Below are positions 16,827 to 26,887 of a stretch of 64,000 bases of DNA, piece after piece. Source of the DNA: a virus; the IMG/VR virus record IMGVR_UViG_3300010276_000001; one strand, 5' to 3'. The notes beneath the pieces are model-generated. The model ran no database searches, was not told the origin of the DNA, and was given only the letters and a program-made list of their open reading frames with translations. Both the position numbers and the translations under genes were made by a program. Every line of letters starts with the position of its first letter. Position 1 is the first letter of the stretch.

Positions 16827-17492
16827 ATGAGGAATGAATATGAAATACGTGGAGATGTAACTGCGATATTTCTAAAAAGGAAAGACGGCAGTAGACTTGA
16901 AACTCTTATCGATACAGCAGATTTGCCGAGAGCAATGGAATTTCAATGGACATGGAGTCCACACTGGGATAGACATACCAATAGTTTTTATGCAGAAGGT
17001 AAAACTTATAAAAAAGGTGAAAAACGTCAATATTTTTCTCTTCATAGGTGGATTATGAACCCAAAAGAAGGCTTTGAAGTTGACCATATTTTCCATGATA
17101 CACTGGATAATAGGAGGTCTAATTTGAGAGTGCTCCCAAAAGGGGCTAATCAACAAAATTATGATAGAGCAAGAAAACATAATAAATCAAGTGGTATCAG
17201 AGGTGTTTCATGGTCTAAAAGACATAACAAATGGCGAGCAGCATTTAGATTAAATAAAAGAACTTATCATGTTGGTCTGTTTGAAAATTTACATGATGCA
17301 GAAATCGCAATAAAAGCAGCAAGGGCAAAATATATGAAATATTCCCTCGAAGCATTAGATAAAAGTATTCCTAACCTAGAAGATATAATTACACCTAAAT
17401 TTGAAAGAAAACAACATGATGTTGTACCAGTTGATTTTAATAAAAAAATCAGAGATATATGTGAAAAATTAAGATTTACGGAGGCGATTTAA
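16827..17492 (+). mobile_element. free-standing HNH homing endonuclease with AP2 DNA-binding domain
   Basis: SLHRWIM...VDHIFHDTLDNRRSNLR...NQQN, then KSSGIRGVSWSKRHNKWRAAF...HVGLF...AEIAIKAAR. Confidence 0.9.
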
Positions 17493-17493
17493 T

Positions 17494-18651
17494 ATGAAGA
17501 TAGCAATACTAACATCTCCTTTTTTTCATGACGCTAAGGAAATTACTAGAAATGTAAATGGCGAAAAGGTTCGTGGTGAAGATAGGATAATTTATGGCGG
17601 CGGCGAAAGATATCTCATAGACTTGTGCCACTTGTTACAGTCCATGAATCATACTGTCACGGTATACCAGCCTTTTCCCGGCATTAACTCACCTTTCACA
17701 AAAGTATATAAAGGCATAACGTTTATTATGATACCTAACGATGTAAGAAGTTGGAGCTATCATACTTGCACAGATTTAAACTGGCAATTTAATGAATTGT
17801 CTGCAATGGATGACTTGCGTATATTTTTCGCAACATATTTGTGTTGGCCGTATTGTCCACCTAATTCAATAGCAATATCTCACGGAATTTATTGGGATAA
17901 CATTCAAGGCAATGCTATTATAAACAATTTTACTGATGAACAGCGAAAAGAATTCTTTAAGCGACAATTATACGGATTCACTGCTCCTGATGTTGTTGTA
18001 TCGGTTGACAGCAATGTTAGGAAGGTTATTCAGGCTACACAACCTGGTGCAGAGAAACGAATTCAGATTATTTACAACTATGTTGATACTAAAAAGTTTA
18101 CACCAGTAAAAAAGACATGGGAAGGAATTAATGTACTATTCCCCCGCCGTTTAACTGCATTAAGAGGAAGTACAGAAGTTACAAGAGCGTTTATCAACTA
18201 CCCACAATATAATTTCACTCTCGTTGGCCAATCACATGATGAAAATGCTGCAAAAGCATTTGCAAACGGACATAAGAATCGTAAAAATGTTACATTCACC
18301 CATAAAGCAACTGATGATATGGTAGAAGTCTATCAGAAAGCAGATATATCATTAGTTCCAACCATTAGTACAGAAGGATTATCATTGTCATTGTTGGAAT
18401 CTATGTCATGTGGACTACCTGTCATAACAACTCCTGTAGGTGGACTTGGTGATGCGGTTATACACGGATATAATGGAATAATTTATGACCCAAATCATGA
18501 TGATTTAGGGCTATGCATTGATTATCTTGCTAAGGACAAAGACTTACGAGAAAAATTTGGCAAGAGAAATCGTGAAATTGCCGTTGAATGCTTTGATGTT
18601 GAAATATGGAAACATCATTGGAAAATGTTAATTAATAGTTTTGGAGGTTGA
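17494..18651 (+). CDS. GT-B glycosyltransferase (GT4-like)
   Basis: GGGERY N-terminal motif; DISLVPTISTEGLSLSLLESMSCGLPVITTPVGG (E-X7-E). Confidence 0.9.
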   Translation: MKIAILTSPFFHDAKEITRNVNGEKVRGEDRIIYGGGERYLIDLCHLLQSMNHTVTVYQPFPGINSPFTKVYKGITFIMIPNDVRSWSYHTCTDLNWQFNELSAMDDLRIFFATYLCWPYCPPNSIAISHGIYWDNIQGNAIINNFTDEQRKEFFKRQLYGFTAPDVVVSVDSNVRKVIQATQPGAEKRIQIIYNYVDTKKFTPVKKTWEGINVLFPRRLTALRGSTEVTRAFINYPQYNFTLVGQSHDENAAKAFANGHKNRKNVTFTHKATDDMVEVYQKADISLVPTISTEGLSLSLLESMSCGLPVITTPVGGLGDAVIHGYNGIIYDPNHDDLGLCIDYLAKDKDLREKFGKRNREIAVECFDVEIWKHHWKMLINSFGG

Positions 18652-18656
18652 TGTAA

Positions 18657-19355
18657 ATGGCTAAACAGACCACAAAAACAACAAAATCTATCGTAAAACA
18701 AGAAACGGTAAAAAACAAAAAGTCCAAAAATGTTGATATTGAAAGCTTATCTAAAATATATGACCGTGATTACTTTGAAAATGGTATTGCAACAAAGAAA
18801 AGTAACTATGTAGATTATTCTTGGAATAGATTAGGCAGTTACTTTCAAAAGACAGCTAAACATATTGTCAATAAGTTCTCCCCTTCTTCTGTTCTCGATG
18901 TTGGTTGTGCAAAAGGTTTCCTTGTAAAAGCATTGGTAGAGTTAGGTGTTGATGCTTATGGTGTTGACCCTTCTGAATATGCTTTTAATGAAGTACCTGC
19001 AGACATCAAAGGTAGAACTGTTATAGGCGCAGCACAACAATTACATGATGAGGATAATTCTTTTGATTTAGTTACCTGTTTTGATGTTCTTGAGCATATA
19101 CCTGAAAAAGATGTTCCTCAGGTACTTTCAGAAATGCTAAGGGTATCTAAACAATGGCTCATAATCCGTGTTGCGACAAAGGAACTGCCTAACGATGTGG
19201 ATGCTAACCATGCTACTATCAGAGAAAAAGATTGGTGGATAGAAAAAATCAAGGAAGCTGGTGGCATTGTTGAACCTACAGAGAATTATGTCAATAATTC
19301 GGTATGGTGGTTCAATGTTCCAGAGTTCTTGATTGTGGCAAGGAAGGCGGTATAA
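18657..19355 (+). CDS. class I SAM-dependent methyltransferase (small-molecule/glycan type)
   Basis: VLDVGCAKGF, YGVDPSEYA, FDLVTCFDVLEHI; no DNA-MTase motif IV seen. Confidence 0.88.
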   Translation: MAKQTTKTTKSIVKQETVKNKKSKNVDIESLSKIYDRDYFENGIATKKSNYVDYSWNRLGSYFQKTAKHIVNKFSPSSVLDVGCAKGFLVKALVELGVDAYGVDPSEYAFNEVPADIKGRTVIGAAQQLHDEDNSFDLVTCFDVLEHIPEKDVPQVLSEMLRVSKQWLIIRVATKELPNDVDANHATIREKDWWIEKIKEAGGIVEPTENYVNNSVWWFNVPEFLIVARKAV

Positions 19356-19547
19356 GTGAAAATATTAGCTGTAATTGCCGATTCTAAGCCTTTAATGTGC
19401 ATAAACTGCATATTGGTAAATAGTTGCAACAAAGGTGTGTTTAAGTCAAAGGTTAGAACACACACGGATTGTATGGGAACTTGGGAAACCAGTGGCATGG
19501 TTCCTGGTCCTGAGTGTCCTATTGTTGTAAAGGAGGCGATTATATGA
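19356..19547 (+). CDS. small Cys-rich protein
   Basis: CINCILVNSC...C...ECP; coupled to the MTase stop. Confidence 0.55.
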   Translation: MKILAVIADSKPLMCINCILVNSCNKGVFKSKVRTHTDCMGTWETSGMVPGPECPIVVKEAII

Positions 19548-19816
19548 AACTTAACCTTGATAAAAACCTTTTGGATTTAAAAGGTAACCCTGTTAATGAA
19601 AAGTTAAGTGATATTCTGGCAAATGTCCTTGCTATGTCAACGGTCGGTAAGCCAGCAAAAATGATTACATGGGCTGTTAACCTTACTAATGACGGAGAAA
19701 TTGAGATAGATAAATCTGATAAAAAATTTCTTATAGAACTAATAGAAAAAAGTCCGCAAATCGTCAATCTTGCAAAAGCACAATTGATTGAAGAAATAGA
19801 AAAACTTGAAGATTGA
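19544..19816 (+). CDS. hypothetical phage protein
   Basis: GGAGGCG RBS favours start 19544. Confidence 0.65.
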   Translation: MKLNLDKNLLDLKGNPVNEKLSDILANVLAMSTVGKPAKMITWAVNLTNDGEIEIDKSDKKFLIELIEKSPQIVNLAKAQLIEEIEKLED

Positions 19817-19826
19817 AGGTGATGCA

Positions 19827-21254
19827 ATGGGTGTTTTTAAAAATATATTTGCAAAATCAAGAGATAAGCCAACCAGTAACAGAAGTATTCCTACAGGCAG
19901 GAAAACATTTATAGGAAATGGATATTTTACTATCCTATCACCTCGTAGATCACGAACTGTTGATGTGCTGAAAACACTAAGAAGTATACCGGAAGAAACA
20001 GAAGCTATTGAATATTTAAAAAAGGTTAATCCTGATGTATCCATGGCTGTTTGGAACTTTGTAAGAATGGCTAATCAAGGTAATGAAATGAGCTTTTATG
20101 CTTTAGATAAAAAAACGAGGCTCACAAATCTTGAAAATGAATGGCGTGACTTTGCAGCAAGGATAAATGAAATAAGTAATTCCGGACTTGATGGGTTAAT
20201 TGACCAACTACACTATAGTGCCTATTTATTAGGTGCTATGGGTGTTGAAGTTGAAGTAACACCGGATAGAAAAGATATTTATGATGTTTATCTTGTAAAG
20301 CCACAAACTATTGAGTGGGAACTAAAAGATATAAACGACCGAAAGATATGGGTTCCGTATCAATATAACATTCATGAAAAAGTTTATCTTGATAAAACTA
20401 ATGCAAACTTCATATGGGTTCCTACTGACCCTGATATTGGAGACCCAAGAGGTACATTAAACATGTCCCCTGTGTTACAAGCTATTGATTTTCAGATGCA
20501 AATATTACAAGACCTACAAGCAGTATTACATCATCAAGGATACCCAAAAAATGATATTTCAATAGTACTTGAACAAATGATGGCAATATGTCCTCCAAAC
20601 GTTAAGAATAGTTCCGTAGAACTGGAAAAATGGCTTGATGCTCAATACAACAATATTGTTAAAATGCTTGAAAATATGCCACCTGATGCTGATTACGTCC
20701 ATTTTGACGATATAAAAATCAACATGAATCAAGGTGCAAATGCTTCACGAAGCCTTGACGTAAGAGCTATCAGTGAATTAGTTGACACACAAACACTTTC
20801 AGGAACAAAGCAAATGGCTATTTTTATGAATAGAAATCAAGGTGTTACTGAAAGCTGGGGCTCTGTGCAATTCAAGATATTCTGTGCCGGTATAGCATCT
20901 TGTCAAAGAGGCAGTAAAAGAGTTGTTGAAGAAATTGCAAGACTATGGTTAAGAGTAAAAGGCTATCAGGCAATTCCGGTATTTAAGCATAATGTCGTTG
21001 ATTATAACTCTGAAGAACAGCGAATGAATATAGAATTGCTTAAACAACAATTCTATGCGATAGCTGTTTTGATGGGTTGGATTGACAATGATGTTGCAGC
21101 TCAAGAAGTCATGAAAGCTAAAAAAGCAGTAAGCAAGGGACCAATCACTGACATTAAAGCAACCTTTAGTGCAGGGGGTGATAATAGTGTTAATAATGAC
21201 AAACATTCGAGGACAAAATTACAACCCAATATACCACAAACCAACAGCGAATAA
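19827..21254 (+). CDS. portal protein
   Basis: ~475 aa, between terL and protease/capsid. Confidence 0.8.
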   Translation: MGVFKNIFAKSRDKPTSNRSIPTGRKTFIGNGYFTILSPRRSRTVDVLKTLRSIPEETEAIEYLKKVNPDVSMAVWNFVRMANQGNEMSFYALDKKTRLTNLENEWRDFAARINEISNSGLDGLIDQLHYSAYLLGAMGVEVEVTPDRKDIYDVYLVKPQTIEWELKDINDRKIWVPYQYNIHEKVYLDKTNANFIWVPTDPDIGDPRGTLNMSPVLQAIDFQMQILQDLQAVLHHQGYPKNDISIVLEQMMAICPPNVKNSSVELEKWLDAQYNNIVKMLENMPPDADYVHFDDIKINMNQGANASRSLDVRAISELVDTQTLSGTKQMAIFMNRNQGVTESWGSVQFKIFCAGIASCQRGSKRVVEEIARLWLRVKGYQAIPVFKHNVVDYNSEEQRMNIELLKQQFYAIAVLMGWIDNDVAAQEVMKAKKAVSKGPITDIKATFSAGGDNSVNNDKHSRTKLQPNIPQTNSE

Positions 21255-21387
21255 ATGTCCAAGATGCAACGGATTTTTACATGAGCATACTGGAGGTTAT
21301 AGCTGTTGTACATGTGGATATAGCAAACCTCCATCATATGTTAAAACAACAGATTCTACTATGAAAGAAGGTGAAAATGATGCCTAA
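21187..21387 (+). CDS. small Zn-ribbon protein overlapping portal 3' end
   Basis: CPRCNGFL...YSCCTCGY; GGGGGTGA RBS before GTG 21187. Confidence 0.5.
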   Translation: MLIMTNIRGQNYNPIYHKPTANKCPRCNGFLHEHTGGYSCCTCGYSKPPSYVKTTDSTMKEGENDA

Positions 21388-22828
21388 ATTTGGAGTGCCT
21401 ACAGAAGAACAGTTATCAAAAATAAATAAGCTTGCAAAAAGAACCTTATCTGCTGATGAGGTTTTTGTATTTCCGGATAAATTGGCCGGCGATATGATTA
21501 TTCCTGACCGACATGTGCGACTAATGCCAGAACTTTTGCAGACATTTTTAGTGAATGCACAAAACGGTGTTTCTGTCCTGCTTGACCACTCATGGCATGC
21601 TGACGGATTATTTGGATTAGGTGGTAGACCTAGAGCAGCAATTCCATATGGTAGAACATTTGATGCAAGCCTTGATACAAGTAATATTGAAGGTGAAACT
21701 GTCGAATTAAACGCTGACCATTATATGGTTAGGGGCATGACAATCGACGGAATTTCAACAGATGACCTTATTACTGGTATTGAAGCAGGTACATTATTTG
21801 ATAGTTCTATTGGCTTTAATTATAATAAGGCTATTTGTTCTGTATGCGGCAATAACTATCATGATAGTAGTAAGTGTGAACACTACGCAGGTAGAACATA
21901 TGAAGTTGAGGTTGATGGAGTTACAAAAAATGTTCTTTGCTACATTCAAGCATACCCTCCGGGAGCTTTGTGGGAAAACAGTTTAGTATTTGATGGCGCA
22001 TACCCAACTGCCGGTGTTCTATCAAAAGAAGGCGACATCTTCGAAAACGAAAATGGTGTTTATCAAGTTATAACAGAACTCAAAGATATTGACCCTGCTA
22101 AACCTATAATAGCAACATACGGACAGCGCACAGGACTATTAACCATGATAAAAAAATGTGAGCATAAAAAGCTTTTTGCTGTTGGTGGAACAGTAGCAAA
22201 TGACAATATGAACAGTATAATTCAAAAAGCTAAAAATTGTTCTTATGCCGATAGAGATAAAATATTTGCTCTCGGTAACAATCTTGGCATATCAAAAGAA
22301 CAGGTTATTAATATTGCAAACATTGTATTGAAAGGAGATGGAAACAAAATGAATGAAAAAGTTTTGAAGATGTTTGAAGCCTTCGGTATTGAGTATAAAG
22401 AAGGTGAAACAAAAACAGAGGAATTGCTTAATCAAATGGCTGAAAAGTATGAAGCAACAATAGCATCAATGCAGAAAAATGCAGAACCTTTAAATGTTTT
22501 CATGACACAAGAACAAGTTAAAGAAAAATTTGGAGCAGAATTGTCCGCAGATGATGTACTTAAGTTCGCCAAAGAAGGACAAGAATATCACAAACAGGTA
22601 ATTGAAGATGCTATTGCAATGGGCGTTCGTGCACAAGGTAATGACTTCCCTGCTGAAACTTGGAAAAATACCTTTGCTACAATGAACACACAGGCAATTA
22701 AGGACATTATGAAAACATTTGAGGCACAAGCAGAGGCTGCAATCCCAGCAGGAAGGCAGACAAATCCAGCTGCCGGATTAGGCAAGAATGAAGATGTTTC
22801 ATTCCCTGATGAAGCATTCAAAGTTTGA
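21377..22828 (+). CDS. prohead protease / scaffold fusion
   Basis: LLDHSW, DSSIGF, CSVCGNNYHDSSKCEHYAG insert, ENSLVFDGA; coiled-coil C-half. Confidence 0.75.
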   Translation: MMPKFGVPTEEQLSKINKLAKRTLSADEVFVFPDKLAGDMIIPDRHVRLMPELLQTFLVNAQNGVSVLLDHSWHADGLFGLGGRPRAAIPYGRTFDASLDTSNIEGETVELNADHYMVRGMTIDGISTDDLITGIEAGTLFDSSIGFNYNKAICSVCGNNYHDSSKCEHYAGRTYEVEVDGVTKNVLCYIQAYPPGALWENSLVFDGAYPTAGVLSKEGDIFENENGVYQVITELKDIDPAKPIIATYGQRTGLLTMIKKCEHKKLFAVGGTVANDNMNSIIQKAKNCSYADRDKIFALGNNLGISKEQVINIANIVLKGDGNKMNEKVLKMFEAFGIEYKEGETKTEELLNQMAEKYEATIASMQKNAEPLNVFMTQEQVKEKFGAELSADDVLKFAKEGQEYHKQVIEDAIAMGVRAQGNDFPAETWKNTFATMNTQAIKDIMKTFEAQAEAAIPAGRQTNPAAGLGKNEDVSFPDEAFKV

Positions 22829-22909
22829 AAGTAAAATAGTGAAACAAAGCAACAACCGCTAAAATGCGGTTATTTTTATGCCAAATTTTAAGAAAGGAAG
22901 TGTTTTTAA

Positions 22910-23311
22910 ATGGCTAGAGGCGGATTAAGTTTTGATGGTATCGGTGCTAAATTTGTTACCGTAAAAGCAGCTGGTTCAGTAAGCGCAGTAGCTCTTGCTT
23001 CAGGTGCTGCTTATGTAGAAGGTAAAGCTGTTACAGTGGAAGATGATGGTCAATATGGATTTGGTAGTGCTGGTAATGCATTAAGAGGAGTCATTGACAA
23101 ATACGAATCAGACCATTACATGACAGTACAATATGCAGGATTTAGAGAAGGTGTTCCCGGTGTTTCCGGTGCTTTACCGAAAGCAAATGAACCTCTTGCT
23201 GTTGATGGCCATGGTGCAGTAAGTGAAGTTGCTTCACCTGTTAGCCCCGCATATGCAGTAGAAGTTGATAATACTGCTGATGTGAACACAGTAACTATTT
23301 TCATAGGTTAA
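22910..23311 (+). CDS. head decoration protein
   Basis: Small A/G/V-rich protein directly before the major capsid gene. Confidence 0.6.
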   Translation: MARGGLSFDGIGAKFVTVKAAGSVSAVALASGAAYVEGKAVTVEDDGQYGFGSAGNALRGVIDKYESDHYMTVQYAGFREGVPGVSGALPKANEPLAVDGHGAVSEVASPVSPAYAVEVDNTADVNTVTIFIG

Positions 23312-23343
23312 TTGGTTAAAATTTGAAAGGAGATGACTATACA

Positions 23344-24435
23344 ATGCCTAAAATTACATTAGCCTCATTAAGCAGTGACCTGTATCAACAGGCACATTCA
23401 AAAGAAATGACTCTTTCCATGTATTTGGAAAGTCTTGATCCAACCCCGGAAAATTGTAAATTAGATGCATTTGAAAGACTTATGAAGGAAGCAGGTATTA
23501 TTACTAAAAATATACCTGAAAAAAATGTATTTTCTTCAAAAGTTGAAGCATTTTATCGCACAAGCGAAAACAAAATATTGTTCCCTGAATATATTGCAAG
23601 AACTCTTGTTCAGTCAATGGTTCAATATCCAGTATTTCAGTACTTGGTAGCAGCAAGAACAATGATTGACAGCAATGTATACAAGGCAGCTTATCTTGAC
23701 CTTGACGATGCAAATAATAAGAAAGCCACCCAAATGAAAAGGGTAACTGAAGCTAGTGAATTACCAGTTGCAAGATTAAAACTTGGTGAATCTGCAATCA
23801 ATATCTACAAATATGGCCGTGCCATTGAAGCTTCTTATGAAGCATTAAGAAGAATGACACTTGACATTTTCAATATTCATCTTCAAGAGATTGGTATTCA
23901 AGCTGCTGACAATAAGATTGCGGAGATTCTATCTGTAATCAAAGATGGTGACGGAAATAAAAACGCAGCAACGCAGTATAAAACCAGTGAACTTGATTCC
24001 ACTGCTACAAGCAAATTGACTAGAGAATCATTCATAAGATTCTTGCTTAAGTTTTATCCTCGTAACTGCAACACTATCGTATCTGATGAAGATGGACTTA
24101 TTCAGTTGCTCGAAGTATTGTATCCGGCATCTAACTCTGCAGCTTTAATGGATGAATTGATTGCAAAAGGACTTAATATTTCAGTTGTGCTTCCGCAGGG
24201 TCTTGTTTCCAATGTTACTTTACTTTATAGTCCTTACGTTGAAAGAATTGATAATAAAGTAGCATTCTATGGCTTGAACAGAGAATCAGCAATCGAAGAG
24301 ATTGTTGAGATTGGTTCAACTATAAACGAAGCAGACAAATTTATTAAGAACCAAACCGAAATCCTTACTGTCTCTGAAAATAGCGGATTCAGAAAAATCC
24401 TTAAGAAATCGTCGGCGATACTTAAGGTACAATAA
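23344..24435 (+). CDS. major capsid protein (HK97-like fold presumed)
   Basis: ~363 aa; VTEASELPV..KYGRAIEASYEALRR; position in head module. Confidence 0.85.
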   Translation: MPKITLASLSSDLYQQAHSKEMTLSMYLESLDPTPENCKLDAFERLMKEAGIITKNIPEKNVFSSKVEAFYRTSENKILFPEYIARTLVQSMVQYPVFQYLVAARTMIDSNVYKAAYLDLDDANNKKATQMKRVTEASELPVARLKLGESAINIYKYGRAIEASYEALRRMTLDIFNIHLQEIGIQAADNKIAEILSVIKDGDGNKNAATQYKTSELDSTATSKLTRESFIRFLLKFYPRNCNTIVSDEDGLIQLLEVLYPASNSAALMDELIAKGLNISVVLPQGLVSNVTLLYSPYVERIDNKVAFYGLNRESAIEEIVEIGSTINEADKFIKNQTEILTVSENSGFRKILKKSSAILKVQ

Positions 24436-24453
24436 AAAGGGGGTGTCTACCCC

Positions 24454-24864
24454 ATGGATAACAGGATTCTCAAAGAATCTGGATATGAGGAACGGATACG
24501 TTCTAAATTGGGCGTATCCGAACCTTATTTGCCAAATGAAGATATTAACCAGCCTGAATGTATTATAGTAGCAGAGACAAATATCATTAAACAGATACCT
24601 AATTATGAAAGTCTTACAGGTGACGATAGAGTTTATCTTGAGGCAGCTGTCGTTTGTGAATGTTGTGTTTTGCTATGTCCTTCATTATCTGCAAGACTTC
24701 CAAAAAAGGAAACCGGTCCACATGAGGCACACGAACTTAGTATTGACTGGTCAAAGAAAAAAGTTGAATTTGAGTCAGAACGAGATGAATACATAGGGAA
24801 AATACTTGACAATACCTTCCCTTCCATACCTCATTTTATAGTTACAAGACCTGTGAGGTGGTAA
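24454..24864 (+). CDS. head-tail adaptor
   Basis: Position after the major capsid gene; size. Confidence 0.6.
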   Translation: MDNRILKESGYEERIRSKLGVSEPYLPNEDINQPECIIVAETNIIKQIPNYESLTGDDRVYLEAAVVCECCVLLCPSLSARLPKKETGPHEAHELSIDWSKKKVEFESERDEYIGKILDNTFPSIPHFIVTRPVRW

Positions 24865-24865
24865 C

Positions 24866-25438
24866 ATGTCATATGCAGCAAAATTCTTAAAATCCAAAGG
24901 ACAGGATTGTATTATTAACCGTGCAACACCAGTCAATACGAAAGTATCAATAAAGCGTTCTACAAATGCAAGCCGAGACCTCGGCGCACGTGAAGGATAC
25001 TGGCAAGGTTTAATTCTTGCAGATGTGAACTTGCAAAGTGGTGAAGTTATTACTATAGGTGATGATAAATACCTCGTTCAAACAGTCACTTTTGACTATG
25101 CTTCCGGTGAATGTGCTTTCTTTGCCGCTAAGTGCAATGCCGTATTGCAGCATAAACGATATGAAGAAGATACTAAAAATGGAAACATTATTCGTGAGTG
25201 GGATACTCTTAATTCTGACGTATATTCATACGGTGAAATCGTAACATATCGATTACGTCAAGAAGATCCTGGGTTACTTGATAGTACAAAATACGTTTTT
25301 CAAGTACCAAAGTCTTTAGGCGTTAAATTACTTGATAGGTTTGTTTTTAATGATGAGAATTATCAGGTAGTGTCTATTGATGATATAGGACTTAGTGGTG
25401 TAGCAAGAGTTCAGGCGACTGCAGATACAAGACCATAA
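24866..25438 (+). CDS. head closure protein
   Basis: Position; beta-rich with C-terminal YQVVSIDD motif. Confidence 0.55.
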   Translation: MSYAAKFLKSKGQDCIINRATPVNTKVSIKRSTNASRDLGAREGYWQGLILADVNLQSGEVITIGDDKYLVQTVTFDYASGECAFFAAKCNAVLQHKRYEEDTKNGNIIREWDTLNSDVYSYGEIVTYRLRQEDPGLLDSTKYVFQVPKSLGVKLLDRFVFNDENYQVVSIDDIGLSGVARVQATADTRP

Positions 25439-25459
25439 ATAAATTGGGAGGCGATTTTT

Positions 25460-25843
25460 ATGGCAAATAAAGAATTATATGCTGAATACCTTGGCGAAGG
25501 ATATCATGATAAAGTGAGGAAAATGCTCACATGTGACGAGAATTTATTGCCAGATAGAATTATTGATGCTGACTTAAATATTAATACCATGAAACAGTTA
25601 ATTACTCCTGCACTTGAAAAAATGCAAATGTGTGGGAAACAAATTAATTCAAAAGAAAAATTTAAGCAACTTTCTAATGCTGCATTATATTACTTATGCG
25701 GCGTTCTATGTATGGTATTAAAAAGTCGTACATCTGTCCCACCTTTTAATATTCCAAAATATAAAAAGAAATGGGACAAAAAACGTGACAAATATATGCA
25801 AAAAGGCAATCAACTTATGATTGGATTGATGCAAATGGGATAA
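25460..25843 (+). CDS. second adaptor-like protein, apparent paralog of 24454..24864
   Basis: Shared GY..R..L..E..LP..I, A....C..LC..L..R, W.KK pattern. Confidence 0.55.
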   Translation: MANKELYAEYLGEGYHDKVRKMLTCDENLLPDRIIDADLNINTMKQLITPALEKMQMCGKQINSKEKFKQLSNAALYYLCGVLCMVLKSRTSVPPFNIPKYKKKWDKKRDKYMQKGNQLMIGLMQMG

Positions 25844-26376
25844 TGTTCGATTCAGCAGCCTGTATTCGTGATTTACGAAGTGAGTTGATTCTTGCAATGA
25901 AACAACTGCAACAAGAATTACTTGCTGAAGCACAGCAAGGCATGTTAACACCTGAAGGCAGAGATAGTTTACATGATGACGAAATAAAAGATATTGCAAA
26001 TGTAATTATTGCCAGTATAGTTGGCGGTGCTTGGGCTGCTATGGACGAATGGGGTACTGGTAGTTTAATGGATACTTCAAACCCTGCACTTGATGATTAC
26101 AAGAGAAGTAATATGTGGAATCCTGCAAGACACGACAATAAAATAAGAACAAGACCAAATGCACCTGGGCAAATAAATATCTTTGGAAAGCCTGTAAATG
26201 GCAAAGGTGCTGGTGGTATTGATTTGGAGGGATTAGGCATATATGAAGCACAGCCACCCTCTCATGCTATTCAAACTGCTGCAAGATGGATGGATAACGG
26301 GCGTATGCAATCAGTTATACGCAACGTTATAAGCACGTTTCCATTTAGCAGGTTTATTATTACTGATAAGAAATAG
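25843..26376 (+). CDS. neck/tail-completion protein (HK97 gp10-like)
   Basis: AAMDEWGTGS (EFGTG-like motif); position. Confidence 0.6.
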   Translation: MFDSAACIRDLRSELILAMKQLQQELLAEAQQGMLTPEGRDSLHDDEIKDIANVIIASIVGGAWAAMDEWGTGSLMDTSNPALDDYKRSNMWNPARHDNKIRTRPNAPGQINIFGKPVNGKGAGGIDLEGLGIYEAQPPSHAIQTAARWMDNGRMQSVIRNVISTFPFSRFIITDKK

Positions 26377-26384
26377 ATAAGGCG

Positions 26385-26873
26385 GTGATGCCTTTGTACA
26401 ATCCTTCTGCTGATTTAAATGCTATTCAAAGTATATTAATATCCGATACTGTGCTGTTAGAGCTGATGGGTTTAACAGGGCAACAACTTATTAACAAAGC
26501 CAACAACTATATCAAGAAAAATCCTTCAACACCATTGGAAAAAGCAAAGAATCTTGTTATAGCACATAGCATCATTAAACGTAAACAATGGACTGACCTT
26601 GCAGATTCAAATGAACGTTTATGTGTTTATTTTATTCCTGCAAGACGAATAAGAAATGAAAGCTTTTTTGAAGAAGTTCTTGAAATTGACTGCCATGTTC
26701 CTGCTACATATGATTACAAAGCATGGCAGATACAAGAACGGATTTTTAAGCTTCTTCATAAGAAAAAAGTAAATAACAGATACCTTTATGCAGACCCCCC
26801 ACTTGGTGAACTCCCAACCATGTCGGGTTTTTTTTGTTGTGGGAGCAGATATAAATTTTATCGAAATATTTGA
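26385..26873 (+). CDS. tail terminator protein
   Basis: Position before the major tail gene. Confidence 0.55.
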   Translation: MMPLYNPSADLNAIQSILISDTVLLELMGLTGQQLINKANNYIKKNPSTPLEKAKNLVIAHSIIKRKQWTDLADSNERLCVYFIPARRIRNESFFEEVLEIDCHVPATYDYKAWQIQERIFKLLHKKKVNNRYLYADPPLGELPTMSGFFCCGSRYKFYRNI

Positions 26874-26887
26874 AAGGAGATGTTGTT

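Noticed and set aside
18657-19355. DNA methyltransferase or restriction-modification role
   Set aside because: No DPPY/NPPY or PC catalytic motif; the sequence resembles small-molecule or glycan methyltransferases
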